From Felis catus (taxonomy: Eukaryota): DNA of 64,000 nt. The number at the start of each line of letters is the position of its first letter. Position 1 is the first letter of the stretch. The DNA lies in NCBI RefSeq assembly GCF_018350175.1, contig NC_058368.1, forward strand, positions 139,316,001-139,380,000. Direction: 5' to 3'. This document shows, piece by piece, positions 25,632 through 38,520 of the stretch. A program made the translations under genes and the position numbers. Under the pieces are notes generated by a model. It was not told the origin of the DNA. It did no database searches and saw nothing but the letters and a program-made list of their open reading frames with translations.

Positions 25632-25715
25632 TATATATATATGTATATATATATATATACATATATATATATGTATATATATATGTATATACATATATAT
25701 GTATATATATATATA
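25632..25715. repeat. (TA)n/(TATG) microsatellite in the GCNT4 3' UTR
   Basis: Alternating TA with occasional G/C interruptions. Confidence 0.95.
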
Positions 25716-26635
25716 TTTTTTTTTACTTAGAATAGCCAAAACATTAAAAATAGCAGCAACATTGATCTTTAAATATTATAATGTTAGAGTAGATTATTCA
25801 CATAATGTAGATATATTTTAGTAGCTTTCTAATATCTAACACAACTTACAAACTTCAAGTCCTGGTCTCATTGCCAAACAACTTAGAATCTAGATTCAAT
25901 AAATACTATGCAAAGAATGATTATAAAACACAGACTGTAGAACATTCTCTAGAGCAGGAAAAATCATACCAAAAGGTTTTAGGGGAGAGTCAGGTCTGAA
26001 GGAGGTTTGAAGGCCTATAAGGAAACTGTAGGATTCCCAAGGCAAAAGAGATGACCAGACAAGCCCCCTGAAATGTTGAACTGAATCATGGGAAATGTGT
26101 CACTGGGGAAAACAAGGTGCTGTCATCTCTTTGTGGTGGCATGTTTCATGTGGATATGGTGTGAAAGTGATTAACAACTGGAAAATTTCCCAATAAACAG
26201 GCGATAGAATCATTTGTCACCAAGAGGCAAGACACGGGACAAGGAGATCGAGTTTTCAGCCTTTACATTTATTCTGATGACCAAAGCCATAAAAACCAAG
26301 CTGTCTGTGAGAACTTGTGTATTTAAGACTAGAAGGTAGGAAAAACAGTTCTACCCCTAACCTCCATCCAAGACACGGGATCAATCTGCTAATCATATTG
26401 GCTTAAAAAGAACCCCAGATGTGGTGACAGGGGTTTCTTTGTACCTGGATTCATTTACAGAAGTTGCTCCTGCAAATGTGGCTTCTTTTATATTTCAGAG
26501 GTTTTCCAGAAAAGGTAAAGGGTTAAGCTTCACAATGGGGTTGGATCTCTGTTTTGCCTTATAATAAGACTACTCTCTGATATTTACTGTCAATAGTTTG
26601 TCTCCATTTTCAAACCAGTTCACATATTTCAGTTG

Positions 26636-26638
<3 letters not shown>

Positions 26639-26683
<45 letters not shown>
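26639..26683. repeat. (CA)n microsatellite in the GCNT4 3' UTR ((UG)n in the mRNA)
   Basis: ~22 perfect CA units. Confidence 0.97.
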
Positions 26684-26686
<3 letters not shown>

Positions 26687-27922
26687 TGAGGAAGCCAGGG
26701 TAAGCATCCAAGTGTTCACTTTAAAGATCAGGAAACCTGAGGCTCATAGAAAGTGACTTAGCGTCTCACAGTCACACATGCTAACAAATGGTTAAGTATC
26801 TTCTGCAGAACTTAGCTCTGTCCAAGGGTGACTTATTTTTAAGAACAGGGGCTTGGTCACAGTTTTCTGAAGAATGAAGTAATTTGGAGGTGGGGGGAAG
26901 GGGGAGGAAGAAAAATGAGTTCCAGAGAAGAAGAAATGGAGAATAGTGATCCCGCTTGGCAGTCAGTATTATATACTTGAAAACAAGCAAAGTGCATTTC
27001 ACATGGAGAACACAGACATTTTAGAAAATATTTAAATACATAGATTCTGCAGCCGACATTGAAACATAAGATCAGGAAGAAATTTTTACATGAGCTCCAT
27101 GATTTCCCAAGAGACGTAAAAATATTACAGCCTGTTCTCAGGACTCTGCTCCTGTCCCATTTCAACTCAAGCACAATATAGCTACATTGAGATAGATGTA
27201 TATTTGATTCATTGTGGTAGTTTTCTAAGGAGTAGGTTTTACAAAATACCATTAGTGAAAATTCTTGCTATGTCTTAAGAAAATTAACGTTTTCTCTCTC
27301 TGTATCTAAGCTGAGAAGACTTCAGTGAACTTAGAGGTTTTATCATTTTAAGTCTAGATTCTATTTGGATAGTTACTGGAGATGTAAGCAAGAATTTTAA
27401 ATGACCATAACAGTTGATTTAGAAAGCTGTCATATTTTATACAATCTTTTTGAGAAAATTCAGTGGCTCTTAGCTTAATGGTTCCATAAAACAAAATTAT
27501 AACAATTCCACTGTAAAAAAAAAAAACACATACTTTTAATGATAATCTATGAACTAGAAGACTTAGGTTTAACGTTCAGGAGTGTGACATTTAGAACTAC
27601 TAACCAAGTTCTTATTTTTCATCAATAAATGTGTTTTAAAGAAATAATTGAACTAAAAAAAGGAAACCATTCATGAAATTGTTGTGTACGATGATGCAAA
27701 AATCCTGCAAATCCCCTTGTTTCTCTTCAGGCACCACCTGTCCCAATCCCCTCCCCCCCACCCAACCTCCCCAACATTCATACACTATAAATGCCCCACT
27801 GACAGAGTCTTGCGACTCCGAATTGAAAGAGTGAGGCACTAATAGGTAAATTATGCTTTGGCAAACAGGAAACTGGACATTCTTTGAGCTTTCCTGAGGT
27901 AGTGGTTTCTCCTTCTAATATT

Positions 27923-28125
27923 CTTTTTTTTTTTAATTTTAATTTTTTATTTTTGAGAGAGAGAGCATGAGCAGGGCAGGGGGCAGAGAGACAGGGAGAC
28001 AGAGGGAGGGAGAGAGAGAATCCCAAGCAGGCTCTGCACTGACAGAGGGGTTCGAACCCATGAACCAACCATGAGATCTTGACCTGAGCCAAAGTCAGAC
28101 GCTCAACCAAGGTATCGCACACGCC
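27923..28125 (-). mobile_element. Can-SINE in the GCNT4 3' UTR, sense to the gene
   Basis: SINEC body with an A-rich tail containing AATAAA. Confidence 0.88.
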
Positions 28126-28443
28126 AACACCTTTTCGGTAGAATCCTGATGGCTATGTGGAAAACTTAAAGTATTAAGTGTGATTAGGGTAAGCCTTGAG
28201 GGCATCATATGACTCGATCTCTGATTTAGCTCCATAAGATTACAAGGAAAAACAAACATAAAGATCACCCGACCAAGTGTAGTCTTATTGTCATCAAAGC
28301 CTAGGTCATTTTGCCTTATGTGTGGAATTTTGGACACCTCTCCAACTATGAGAAGGTTAAGCTCACGTGGTAGTGGGCATAGTATAGCACACAGTTCCAT
28401 ATTAGCTCCATTTATCAGATAGCTTCTTTCTGTCATGATTTTA

Positions 28444-29808
28444 TCATGATGTGATTATGGGACTTTTAGCCATGAATAACTTTTTTGAAGACAAAGTAAT
28501 CCATTCTCTCTGCTGTTCTTCAAGCTTTTCTGCCAGGCATTTAATCAAGACAGGGTCCACCTTAGAATCAAATTTATTAGCAAACCAATGTCCATCATTT
28601 ATAAGCCACCTTAATTCCGCTGCTCCGTAGATACACACACTTCGAAGGTGGGAGCCAGTACAACGGGGATACAAAAGGCCTTCATGATAATTCCATTTGA
28701 CAAGGCGGGTCTTACTCTGTAAGTCAGACACGTCCTGGGCTGACCTAGAAATCTCCCCAGGTATTCCTGGTACCCGAATTAAGGTAGCCCAAAAATGTTC
28801 ATCAGGTGAGTACGTATCTTTAGACCAGGCAAAAAAGTCCTTAACGAGGGAGTTGTTGAAAATATATTTAACAAACGCCCGACTTAAAACAAAATAAGCA
28901 CTTCCAACAAATATCTCAATGTTATGAGGGGGGGCTTCCTTGGAGATGTTTGTCCTTATTGGTAGCTTCACATATTCATAAGGCACCTGTCTTAGTTCAT
29001 GGTGGTAAGTGAATCTTTCCATTTTACTGTTAGGGGGTTTTACCGTTTCTAACATATTTGCCCCATTGAGCTTCTTCAGCTCTGACACTAATTCGAAGTT
29101 TGACTTCAAAGGAAAATCTTGCCCACACAGATTGATAACATATTTCCACTGAACCGAAGACTTGAGGAGGTCTGACAAGCAATTTAAATCAGCTTGGAGT
29201 CTGGAAATGTGGGCATATTGTACTGTCTCTATTTTGGAGGCAATGAAAACATTGGAGAAGCACTTAGCTAAATTGTTCATGGCAACTTTGAAGGTATCAG
29301 GTGACTTATAGTCATAATGGATGCAGTAAATATTGTGCTCGTTGTATATAGCATGGATTAGTCTTTCAACCATAATTGCGTCTTTATGAACAACCAAAGA
29401 ATAGGCTATCGGGAAGCTTCTCTCCTCCCTTGAAACAGGCTTTTGATGGTACCTTCTTAGGGTCTGATAAATGTCACAATCACTGGTTATTGCCACGACA
29501 TCCTCATCATCCAAGTCGATGATTTCTCTCCTTCTTATTTCCAGACTCTTGCCAATTTCCAAAGGTGCCTGTTCATAGACACCTGAACAGTTAACTTCAT
29601 ACCTGATTTCATTCTTAACATTGGTGTATCTGTTTCTTACAAAAGGTGAGGTACTCAGGGAGTATTCAACCAAGTAAATGCCTCTTTGAGGGAAGAGGAG
29701 TCTCCTCACATTTAGAAGTTTCAACAGGGAGAACAGCCATAGAGTTAAAAATAAGACGAAAACTTTCTGCTGTGCTGGGTATTTAAAACAGCATTTGAAT
29801 GTCTTCAT
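28444..29808 (-). CDS. GCNT4: Beta-1,3-galactosyl-O-glycosyl-glycoprotein beta-1,6-N-acetylglucosaminyltransferase 4 (C2GnT3, GT14 family), single coding exon, 454 aa
   Basis: Uninterrupted 454-aa ORF with a type II N-terminal TM ([17 protein letters not shown]). Core-2/I-branching motifs: [68 protein letters not shown] (catalytic Glu), RSVCIYG, FANKFD. Closely matches recalled mammalian GCNT4. Ends in tandem stops TGA TAA. Confidence 0.98.
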   Translation of the reverse strand: MKTFKCCFKYPAQQKVFVLFLTLWLFSLLKLLNVRRLLFPQRGIYLVEYSLSTSPFVRNRYTNVKNEIRYEVNCSGVYEQAPLEIGKSLEIRRREIIDLDDEDVVAITSDCDIYQTLRRYHQKPVSREERSFPIAYSLVVHKDAIMVERLIHAIYNEHNIYCIHYDYKSPDTFKVAMNNLAKCFSNVFIASKIETVQYAHISRLQADLNCLSDLLKSSVQWKYVINLCGQDFPLKSNFELVSELKKLNGANMLETVKPPNSKMERFTYHHELRQVPYEYVKLPIRTNISKEAPPHNIEIFVGSAYFVLSRAFVKYIFNNSLVKDFFAWSKDTYSPDEHFWATLIRVPGIPGEISRSAQDVSDLQSKTRLVKWNYHEGLLYPRCTGSHLRSVCIYGAAELRWLINDGHWFANKFDSKVDPVLIKCLAEKLEEQQREWITLSSKKLFMAKSPIITS

Positions 29809-29809
29809 T

Positions 29810-29832
29810 CTGTAAGAAGGAAAAGGAATAAT
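29810..29832 (-). other. GCNT4: 3' splice acceptor of the GCNT4 coding exon (exon begins at 29809, 1 nt before ATG)
   Basis: Minus strand reads ttattccttttccttcttacAG|A ATG AAG: a polypyrimidine tract plus CAG directly before the start codon. Confidence 0.9.
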
Positions 29833-30314
29833 TCAGGTGGAATAAGAGAAAGACAACTAAGAGGCCGTTAGTTCAGTTCAATCAACATTCACTGGGTACC
29901 TTCCACATGCCAGGCAGAAGGCTGGGCCCAGAGGTAAATAAAACAAGGTTCTCACCCTTGTAAGAGGATCCAGAAATCAGGAAGTGAGAACACACAGAAT
30001 GGTGGTATTTTGTGGTATGCTGTGTTAACTATACCTAAATTCTGAGAGACATTGGTTACCAAATAAAGGCAAATAATGTAAGCGCCTAAAATCTAGGTAC
30101 TATGTAACTTTCACTGTCTGCATTTCTACTTAGAGTATTTGGGGAGAGATTACTCTGGTTTGGGCAGAGGTCTACAGAGTTAGAGGTCATTAAGGGGTCA
30201 TCAGAGATGCAAATGGCCCACTGAGCCTGAAAGTAACATCCATCTTGATTCTACCTGCAGATCCTTATTAGATATAGATCTGAAGTCAGACAGGAAGAGC
30301 CCAGTGAACCCCAC

Positions 30315-30500
30315 TGCTATAGACTGAATGTTTATGTCCCTCCCCAAATTCATAGGTTGAAAGCTAAGCCCCAGGGTAATGACATTAGGAGGCGGGGCTT
30401 TGGGAGGTAATTAGAACACGAGCGTGGGTCCCTCATTAATGGATTAGTGCCCTTATAAGAAGAAACCCCCTCCCTTATCCCCTCTGCCACCTGAGGTATG
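30315..30500 (+). mobile_element. MaLR LTR 5' fragment (MLT1A/MST-like)
   Basis: tgctatagactgaatgtttatgtccctccccaaattcat...ggaggcggggctttgggaggtaattag...gtgcccttataagaag. Confidence 0.75.
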
Positions 30501-30674
30501 GATTAATTACATCCACACTATGTGCAAAAGCTGGAGACAAAACTGCATGTGCCCATGTGGAACAATTTCCAGGATATACTGTGAAATGGAAATAAGCGAA
30601 ATGCCTAACTGTGTTTAGTGCACTCACATGTGTGTCAAAAAAAAGATGATACAAACCGTATCTACAGAAAAAGG

Positions 30675-30820
30675 GCACACGTTGGCAAACTTTTCTTTCC
30701 CTGTCACAAGTACTCGACTCTGCCACTGGAGTGGGAAAGCAGCCACAGATAACACACCAATGAGAGGGCATGGTTGTGTTCTAATAAAACTTTATTTATG
30801 AAAAGGCAGCTGGCTGGCTA
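30675..30820. mobile_element. MER58A-like hAT fragment
   Basis: ttggcaaactttt...aaagcagccacagataac...gggcatggttgtgttctaataaaactttatttatgaaaa. Confidence 0.65.
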
Positions 30821-32848
30821 TTTCCTGAAGGATACTATGGAGACTCGACATTGGGAATGGGAGCTGCTTTGCAGGGTGAGGTGGGAGAGGGTGGAGGGTT
30901 AGGGGCCCACGTAGGAGGGAGATGTACTTATCCGTGAATATCCTTTTGTATTTGAATTTAAAAAAATGATTATACCACTTTTTTTTTTTTTTCAGATAAA
31001 AACAGGCTAATCAAGTGAGGGCACAGATGAGTTTATTTTGGGAGCAGTAGGAAGGGGGGAACCAGAAAGTGCTATTGCAAGGCTTGAGGACAGGAGGACC
31101 AGCTGAGTTCACAGAGCTGCTTCAAAGAGGTTCAAATCCTGAGAACTGGGAGGTCTGAGGGTCCCATGAGCAATTTCCTAACACATCTCAATAAATCTTA
31201 GATGAGGACATAATCATTGTTCCCAATTGTCTTAGAATTAACAAGCAATCTGAACCTCATTTATTTTTGTAGTTCAGATGAATTGAACTAGCTCTCCTGG
31301 GAAGGTCATGCCCTCACTCACTTTGTTTGAATCACTCTCGTTACAGAACAACACCTTATGGACAACAGACTGTCCTGCAGAACCTGGTCCTCCCCAGCCA
31401 CCTCGCAACCTCTCCTCGGGTTTCCCCAGCGCCCTACTTCAGCTCACTGCTCTTCTCGTGCACACTCTCCCCAGCCCTCTGGATGCTGATGTCCACACAC
31501 ACATTGCCAACACCTTTATCTCCAGTCCTCACCTGCTGCCCAAGCTTCTGACATGAACATCCAGTTGCTTGACGGACATATCCACATCTCCACTAGATAT
31601 CCCACAGGCACCCAGCTGAGTCCAAAACTGAATCTGAATCTCGCCTGTGTTTTCTGTGTCAGTTTATGGTGACACCACCCATTCAATGACCCAGGCTTGA
31701 AACTGGAGGGTCATATGACTCTTTCCTTTCCCTCACGTCCACATTAACAAGCCATCTCATAAAGACGCCCAATTCCATCCCTTCTTCTCCATTCTCATTA
31801 GCTGAATCAGCACCCAGGTCACAGAATCCCCGTTAGGCTCATGGCTCTGGGTCCCTTTGTTAGGTCTCAGGCTTCTCCTCTGAAGCAAAACGAGTAGGGT
31901 TCTATCCACACCGGCTCAAGGCCAACGTTCCTGCCAGTTCTTACAGAGCGTGGGAAAACTGACTCCCCATGCACAGGGCAACAAGGTTCTTCAGAAGTTG
32001 GAGCACATGTTTAGAAGCAGGTGTTGTGATAAAGTTTGATTCCGAAGATTCATCAATCCCAAATCAATCTATCTCATCATGGTCCTAGTTCATGGCAATT
32101 ACTCATACATAGGAAGGAGCATACATAAATGGCTAGAATTAGAATGAATCTTACCCAAAGTAAAATTTTGCTTTGTCTTTTCCGGTCCACGGGATCCCTA
32201 CTTAGCATCAGTCAATAGTTCCCCCTGATACCATAGTGGTAAAATGAAAAAAATCTCCTTACATTTCTAAAGAGGTCTGCAAAGTCTTCCAGAGTTATCA
32301 TGGCATTTAAGATGTACCATTTAACTATCATCTTCACACTTACATAAAAAGGCAAAGGCTGGCTCCCTGTCCTGTCGCCCGTTTTCAAGGGCTCCTCTGT
32401 ACCCACGCTTCCCCTGTCCTTCCTGAGAACACCTGGAGCACACACTTCCTGATTCCAGCCTGGTGCCTAGTCGGTTCGATTTGGGCTAGCGGGCGTGGCT
32501 GCCTGCCCACAGAGGGCAGGTGGCAGGGCATGTGTGGAAGGGAGACATGGCAGGCTTGCTGTGAGAAGTCCTGTGGGAACTGGTTCTGGTTCCACGTCTG
32601 AGCTTCGCCAGCCGGGACGAGAGTTAATTTTAAAGGAACGAGGGGAGGGAAGTGGGACAGCCCAGGCATCTGGCTGTCTGATTCTCCTTTCCTCCTCTGG
32701 GCATCTTTAAGGAGGAGAGCTCATATGTCTACGGGTCAGCCCTAGATGTCAAGGGATCTGAGCAGCCCTCCAATACCACCTTGTCCCAGGTCAAAGTAAA
32801 ACCCCTCCCCTTGCTTACCATGGCCAGAAATTCCTTTGACTGAAAGGA

Positions 32849-33290
32849 GATGTGGTATAGACATACGATGGAATACTGCTCGGCGATCAAAAAGAATGAA
32901 ATCTTGCCATTTGCAACAAGGTGGATGGCGCTAGAGTGTATTATGCTAAGTGAAATTAGAGAAAGATAAATACCACATGATTTTACTCATATGTGGAATT
33001 TAGGAAACAAAACAGATGAACATAAGAGAAGGAAAAATAAGATAAGAACAGAGAGGGATGCAAACCATAAGAGGCTCTTGAGGACAGAGAACAAACCGAG
33101 GGTTGCTGTAGGGCTGTTGGGTGGGGGGGATGGGCTAAATGGGTGATGGGCATTAAGGAGGGCACTTGTTATGATGAGCCCCGGGTGTTATATGGAAGCG
33201 ATGAATCACTAAATTCTACTCCTGAAACCAATACCACACTCTATGTTAACCAACTGGAATTTAAATAAAATCTTGGAAGAAAAAAAAAAA
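32849..33290 (+). mobile_element. 5'-truncated carnivore L1 3' end in GCNT4 intron (antisense to the gene)
   Basis: gatgtggtat...atggaatact...aaaaagaatgaaatcttgccatttgcaaca, 3' UTR and poly(A). No clear TSD. Confidence 0.85.
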
Positions 33291-35960
33291 TGCACTCCTT
33301 TCCCCACGTGAGAAGTCCGAAAGGGGGAAGTGAATAAGCTTCTGTCAAATCCTGAAAAGGGCTGTGGGCCTCTTCCCAGCTTTGGTGAGAAGTCAGCAGG
33401 ACATCCGTGGGCACAAAAGCCTGCAGGAGGTTAGAGACCACAGTTTCCAACCGTGGCTCTGCTGTTTCCTGGACAGAACCTGTGTGTGACATCCATGGTC
33501 AGGAGCTGCGGAGGGCAGACGCGGGCAAGGGGTGGGGGTGGCAGGCACCTGCCCGTTGTGGCGCTTCCTCCCCTCCCTGCCACCGGCAGCCCAAACTCAC
33601 GAGTCCCCACGAACCTCAGGTTTGGAGGATGGAAACAAGCTCCTGATGGCTCACGAGAGCTGGCGGGTGCCAGACTTCCAGTTCTACCGGCCATATGGTT
33701 CCTAGGAGACTAGGGCAGCAAGGCCACCTTCTGCAAACACCCCACCCTGGCTCCTTCCCTGTTACAGGCCCTGAGCAGGAAGCAGGCTGGGGTTTTGCTG
33801 CCAGGAAGTGGTCTTACAATTACAATACAAATGAGCGCCCACCCACCTGCCCAGGCAAATAAGGAAGCTCGGCCCGCTGCCAAGTTCACTGCCACATAGG
33901 TACGAGTTCCTAGCGATGAAGACAGGGCTGGAAAGGACATGATATCGCTGTAGCGAAGCGGAAACAAGCTGTTAGGATAATTCAATAAAAGCCCAACAAA
34001 GATGCTGAATGAAGCCTTTCCCCCAAACCATCTTCTATTCCCAGTCCTTCCAGGGGCTGATTACAGTCTTAAAAGAAACAGCAGGCACACTCAAAGTGAA
34101 CTCAGCTAAGTGGTTAGAACTGTAGTCAGGGCTAAGCGGCCACAGCCATTAGCAGCTCGTCCACAGACTCTCCTTAAGTCAGCAGTTTCAAAACCCAGGA
34201 CTGTCCAAGAGGGGGGCACTTGGGAGAAAAGAAAAAGTATGCGGGCTTCACGATGCCCCAGACCCGGGCTTGAATCCCTTGGAGGGACGCTGAATCCAAC
34301 GAATTCACCTCTGGAGCCCAGTTTTCTTATCTCAAAACGGGAACGACAAATCCCCTCCTGAATTGCAGGGAGCAGCTGCAAGGGGTCAGGAGACTCGGCA
34401 TGTGAACGGGGTCACCCCGCAGAGGTGCGCAGCTTGCCTGACTCCAAACCTTTTCCTAGTTTTCTAGGTTTTCTAGTACGTCACACAGAATGCGCGGAAA
34501 TGCAGACAGTGTTGACCTTCTCTTTTCTGGCCAAAGTAGGAGGTGGAAACATCGTAAGGGAGCAGCCGACAGCTAAGCCCTCGCTCAGGGGCTGAGCTGG
34601 AAAAAGCAGAAGCCACGCAGGGTCCTGCGATACACGTTTCACCCTCCGGCCACACAGCCAGGACTTCAGCTCAGAGGAGACCTCCTTTCAGCTCAGGAAC
34701 AGCCTACTGACCGCCTGGACCCTGGACAAGTTGCTCAACGTCTCCACATCTCTGTGTCCACATCAGTAGAAGTACGTTAATACTAGCAACTACCTGTGGG
34801 ATTTTGAGGTAAGTGGGGTAACGCATGCAAAGCCCTTTAACACAGTCCTGACGGTGACTTGGCCAATGCGGGCTGTGGCTTCATCTTCATCAACATCTTC
34901 ACCTGGCCTAAGCTACCCTCCTCCTCCTGACTTCTTTAAAGATCCTGCCCCAGACCTATGGCTTACTGTCCTATTTTTTCAAATCTATTTTCTATTTCCC
35001 TCCAAAGTTCTGACACAAATGCAATGTTTTAGAATTAATGCCTGAATGCCTCCATGTAGTGCTCCTTACTAATTTAATACCATCATTATTATTAATGAAG
35101 ATTCACCAAACAAAGAGGTGTTACCTGGGGCCATGTTCTGAGCCCTCTGCATGTACGCAATCCCCTCACTGGGTCAGTGAGGTAGGGACTACTTTTATGG
35201 TTCTTTACAAGACAGGAGACTGAAACATGTGGTAATTAAGAAAGTCCCCCAAGGTGAGCTAGGATCCCCGTCACATGGAACTTGAACCCAGAGACTCTTG
35301 CTCCAGAGAGGTACTCTTAACCTTCTAGGTAATACCGTCTTTTACAACATAAAGGTTTCCACAGTGGTTTTAGTCCTTGACTGAAATTTCTCATTACTAT
35401 GTCTTACCGATCCGTCCTAAAACTGAAACAGGGATGAACATAAAATCGCCAAGTCCTGAGACCTTCGCCCAGTTTAAGGGATTATATACCTGGAGAATCA
35501 GCCTGCAAGGACACTGGGGGAGGAGCTCATTCTATTCCTGCAGGCAGAGGCAGCGGCAAGCCAGGTGCTACTGATGAGAGTAGTCAGTCTTCCAGCCATG
35601 GAATCCATCGAAGGAAAAGAAAGCCAGCTCATCCTATGGGACTCTGACGGCAGTTATTCTTGTCTCATATCCTGTCACTGACTACTTACCGATTTACTTG
35701 TTCTCGTAGTGACCAGTCAGTCACTGAGAGTTCAGGCTCTCTGAGAATTAGTACCTAGTTTAAAAAGCTTTCTCTCCACATGAAGAATATTCCCTCTGTG
35801 GGCCACCTTCGAATTCTTAAACATAATATCCATACATGTTAGTATGAAAAATAGGATTTGAAGACTTTATTGATTTAGAAATATCAGGATTTTGTTTCTT
35901 CCTAAAGTTTTCCAAAGAAGAATCGTCACTTAAGTACACTGATATAAAGATGAATTCATT

Positions 35961-36186
35961 GGGGCGCCTGGGTGGCGCAGTCGGTTAAGCGTCCGACTTC
36001 AGCCAGGTCACGATCTCGCGGTCCCTGAGTTCGAGCCCCGCGTCAGGCTCTGGGCTGATGGCTCGGAGCCTGGAGCCTGTTTCCGATTCTGTGTCTCCCT
36101 CTCTCTCTGCCCCTCCCCCGTTCATGCTCTGTCTCTCTCTGTCCCAAAAATAAATAAACGTTGAAAAAAAAAATTAAAAAAAAAAA
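35961..36186 (+). mobile_element. Can-SINE (young SINEC_Fc), intronic
   Basis: Near-consensus; TSD aaagatgaattcatt. Confidence 0.95.
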
Positions 36187-36425
36187 AGATGAATTCATTA
36201 AAAAAAAGAAAAAAAAGTCCTGATGTAGTTGAATAAGCTAAGGTCCTTCTACCGCAGCTCCTTGATTTCAATAAGGTCATTGATTCTCCCCTTGATGACA
36301 TGCTCATCACCAAACCGAGAGAAAGTTTTCAAGTAAGACCATTCGTGGGAGGATGACTCAGCCGGGATGCATTTCCTCAACACCCCCACAGCACCCTACA
36401 AGTTCCTAAAGAAGCAGAAAGGCCA

Positions 36426-37528
36426 CAACTTCTTACTCAACATGTCTCCAGAGGCAAGGGAAACAAAAGCAAAAATTAACTACTGAGACCTCATCAGAAT
36501 CAAAAGCTTCTGTACAGCAAAGGAAACAATCAGCAAAACGAAAAGGCAACTGACAGAATGGGGGAAGATGTTTGCAAATGACATATCAGATAAAGTGTTA
36601 GTATCCAAAATCTATAAAGAACTTATCAAACATAACACCCAAAAAAACAAATAATCCAGGGAAGAAATGGGCAAAAGACATGAACAGACAGTTAGTTCTC
36701 CAAAGAAGACATCCAGATGGCCAACCGACACATGAAAAAATGCTCAACATCACTCATCATCAGGGAAATACAAATTAAAGCCACAATGAGAGACTACCTC
36801 ACACCAGTCAGAATGGCTAAAATAAACAACTCAGGCAACAACAGATGTTGGTGAGGATGTGGAGAAAGAGGATCTCTTTTGCATTGTTGGTGGCAATGCA
36901 AGCTGGTGCAGCCACTCTGGAAAACAGCATGGAGGTTCCTCAAAAAACTAAAAATAGAACTCCCCTATGACCCAGCAATTGCCCTACTAGGCATTTATCC
37001 AAGGGATACAGGTGTGCTGTTTCAAAGGGACACATGCACCCCCATATTTATAGCAGCACTATCCACAATAGCCAAAGTACGGAAAGAGCCCAAATGTCCA
37101 TCGATGGATGAATGCATAAAGAAAATGTGGTATATATATACAATGGAGTATTACTCGGCAATTAGAAAGAATGCAATCTTGCCATTTGCAACTACGTGGA
37201 TGGAACTGGAGGGTATTATGCTAAGTGAAATTAGAGAAAGACAAACATCATATGACTTCACTCATATGCGGACTTTAAGAGACAAAACAGATGAACATAA
37301 GGGAAGGGAAACAAAAATAATATAAAAACAGGGAGGGGGACAAAACAGAAGAGACTCACAAATATGGAGAACAAACTGAGGGTTCCTGGAGAGGTTGTGG
37401 GAGGGGGGGACGGGCTAAATGGGTAAGGGGCACTAAGGAATCTACTCCTGAAATCATTGTTGTACTATATGCTAACTAATTTGGATGTAAATTTAAAAAA
37501 ATAAAAAATAAAACAAGTTAAATAAAAA
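36426..37528 (+). mobile_element. 5'-truncated felid/carnivore L1 (ORF2 C-terminus + 3' UTR) in GCNT4 intron, antisense to the gene
   Basis: ORF 36879-37325 [38 protein letters not shown] is the L1 ORF2 C-terminus. Poly(A) tail; TSD aagcagaaaggcca at 36412-36425 and 37529-37542. Confidence 0.95.
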
Positions 37529-38302
37529 AAGCAGAAAGGCCAGTTTCTTGCCCAGATGACCTTATATTCTCATTGTTCTAGAAGACGGCAAAGCAAATAA
37601 TGATCTGACTGTGAGGAGATAAACAGTGAGCATACAAAACATAAGAATGGCCTGATTGGTCCAGAAAGACAATACAAACGGAGGACAATTCCTCCACTAA
37701 TAAAAGGTTATAATCTCAAAAAGGAAAAAGAAACGCTTTTCCATTCTCCGTTTACAAAAGTAAACACTTCCATTTAAAAAAAAAATGAACAAGTCCATAA
37801 AGTGTAAGGAGGGAACTAAGGCTCACCAGTAACCCATCACCCGGCAAAAGCATTCTGTGGACCTTCTGTCCTTCCAGACCATTTTCAATAACGACACCTT
37901 TGTGGACTTGCTTTTGTTTAACAAGAAGTTTCACTATACAGATTCTGTCTTATCTGTTTTTTTCATTTCACAATATACTGTGATTAAGTCCTATCCTGAA
38001 CTGTGTCTATAAATTGTTCGAAAGTAAACAATTTCTAACTGAGGTCAACATACTTTTCTGTAGGAAAAAAAAAATTCAATAATAGAATTTACTTTTCTGG
38101 GCCTTCTTCACCAAAGCTTAATTATTATCCCATAATTCCTGAAGAAGCCTAGAAGCAAAATCCTAAAACTGACAAAGGACTTTAATGGTAATTGAGTCCA
38201 AAGTCCTCCTTCTCTAGATGAGAAAACAGAGTCCTAGCTGTCATTTAACACTGTTTCACTCTTGGGATGCCAAGAATATGTTTCCTCCATTACATACATG
38301 GG

Positions 38303-38520
38303 TTATTTATTTTTTTATGTTTTTATTTATTTTTGAGACAGAGAGAGACAGAGCATGAGCAGGGGAGGGGCAGAGAGAGAGGAAGACACAGAATCCAAAG
38401 CAGGCTCCAGGTTCCGAGCTGTCAGCACAGAGCCCGACGCAGGGCTCGAACTCACGGAGTGTGAGATCATGACCTGAGCTGAAGTCGGACGCTCAACCGA
38501 CTGAGCCACCCAGGTGCCCC
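38303..38520 (-). mobile_element. Can-SINE, intronic
   Basis: TSD acatacatg. Confidence 0.92.

Larger units (their letters stand above)
25325..28443 (-). other. GCNT4: GCNT4 3' UTR (approximate, ~3.1 kb)
   Basis: AT-rich, largely TE-poor stretch after the stop codon, ending at AATAAA 25350-25345. The distal end is inferred. Confidence 0.65.

Noticed and set aside
36879..37325. 148-aa ORF
   Set aside because: L1 ORF2 C-terminal remnant in a 5'-truncated element, not a host gene or an autonomous L1.
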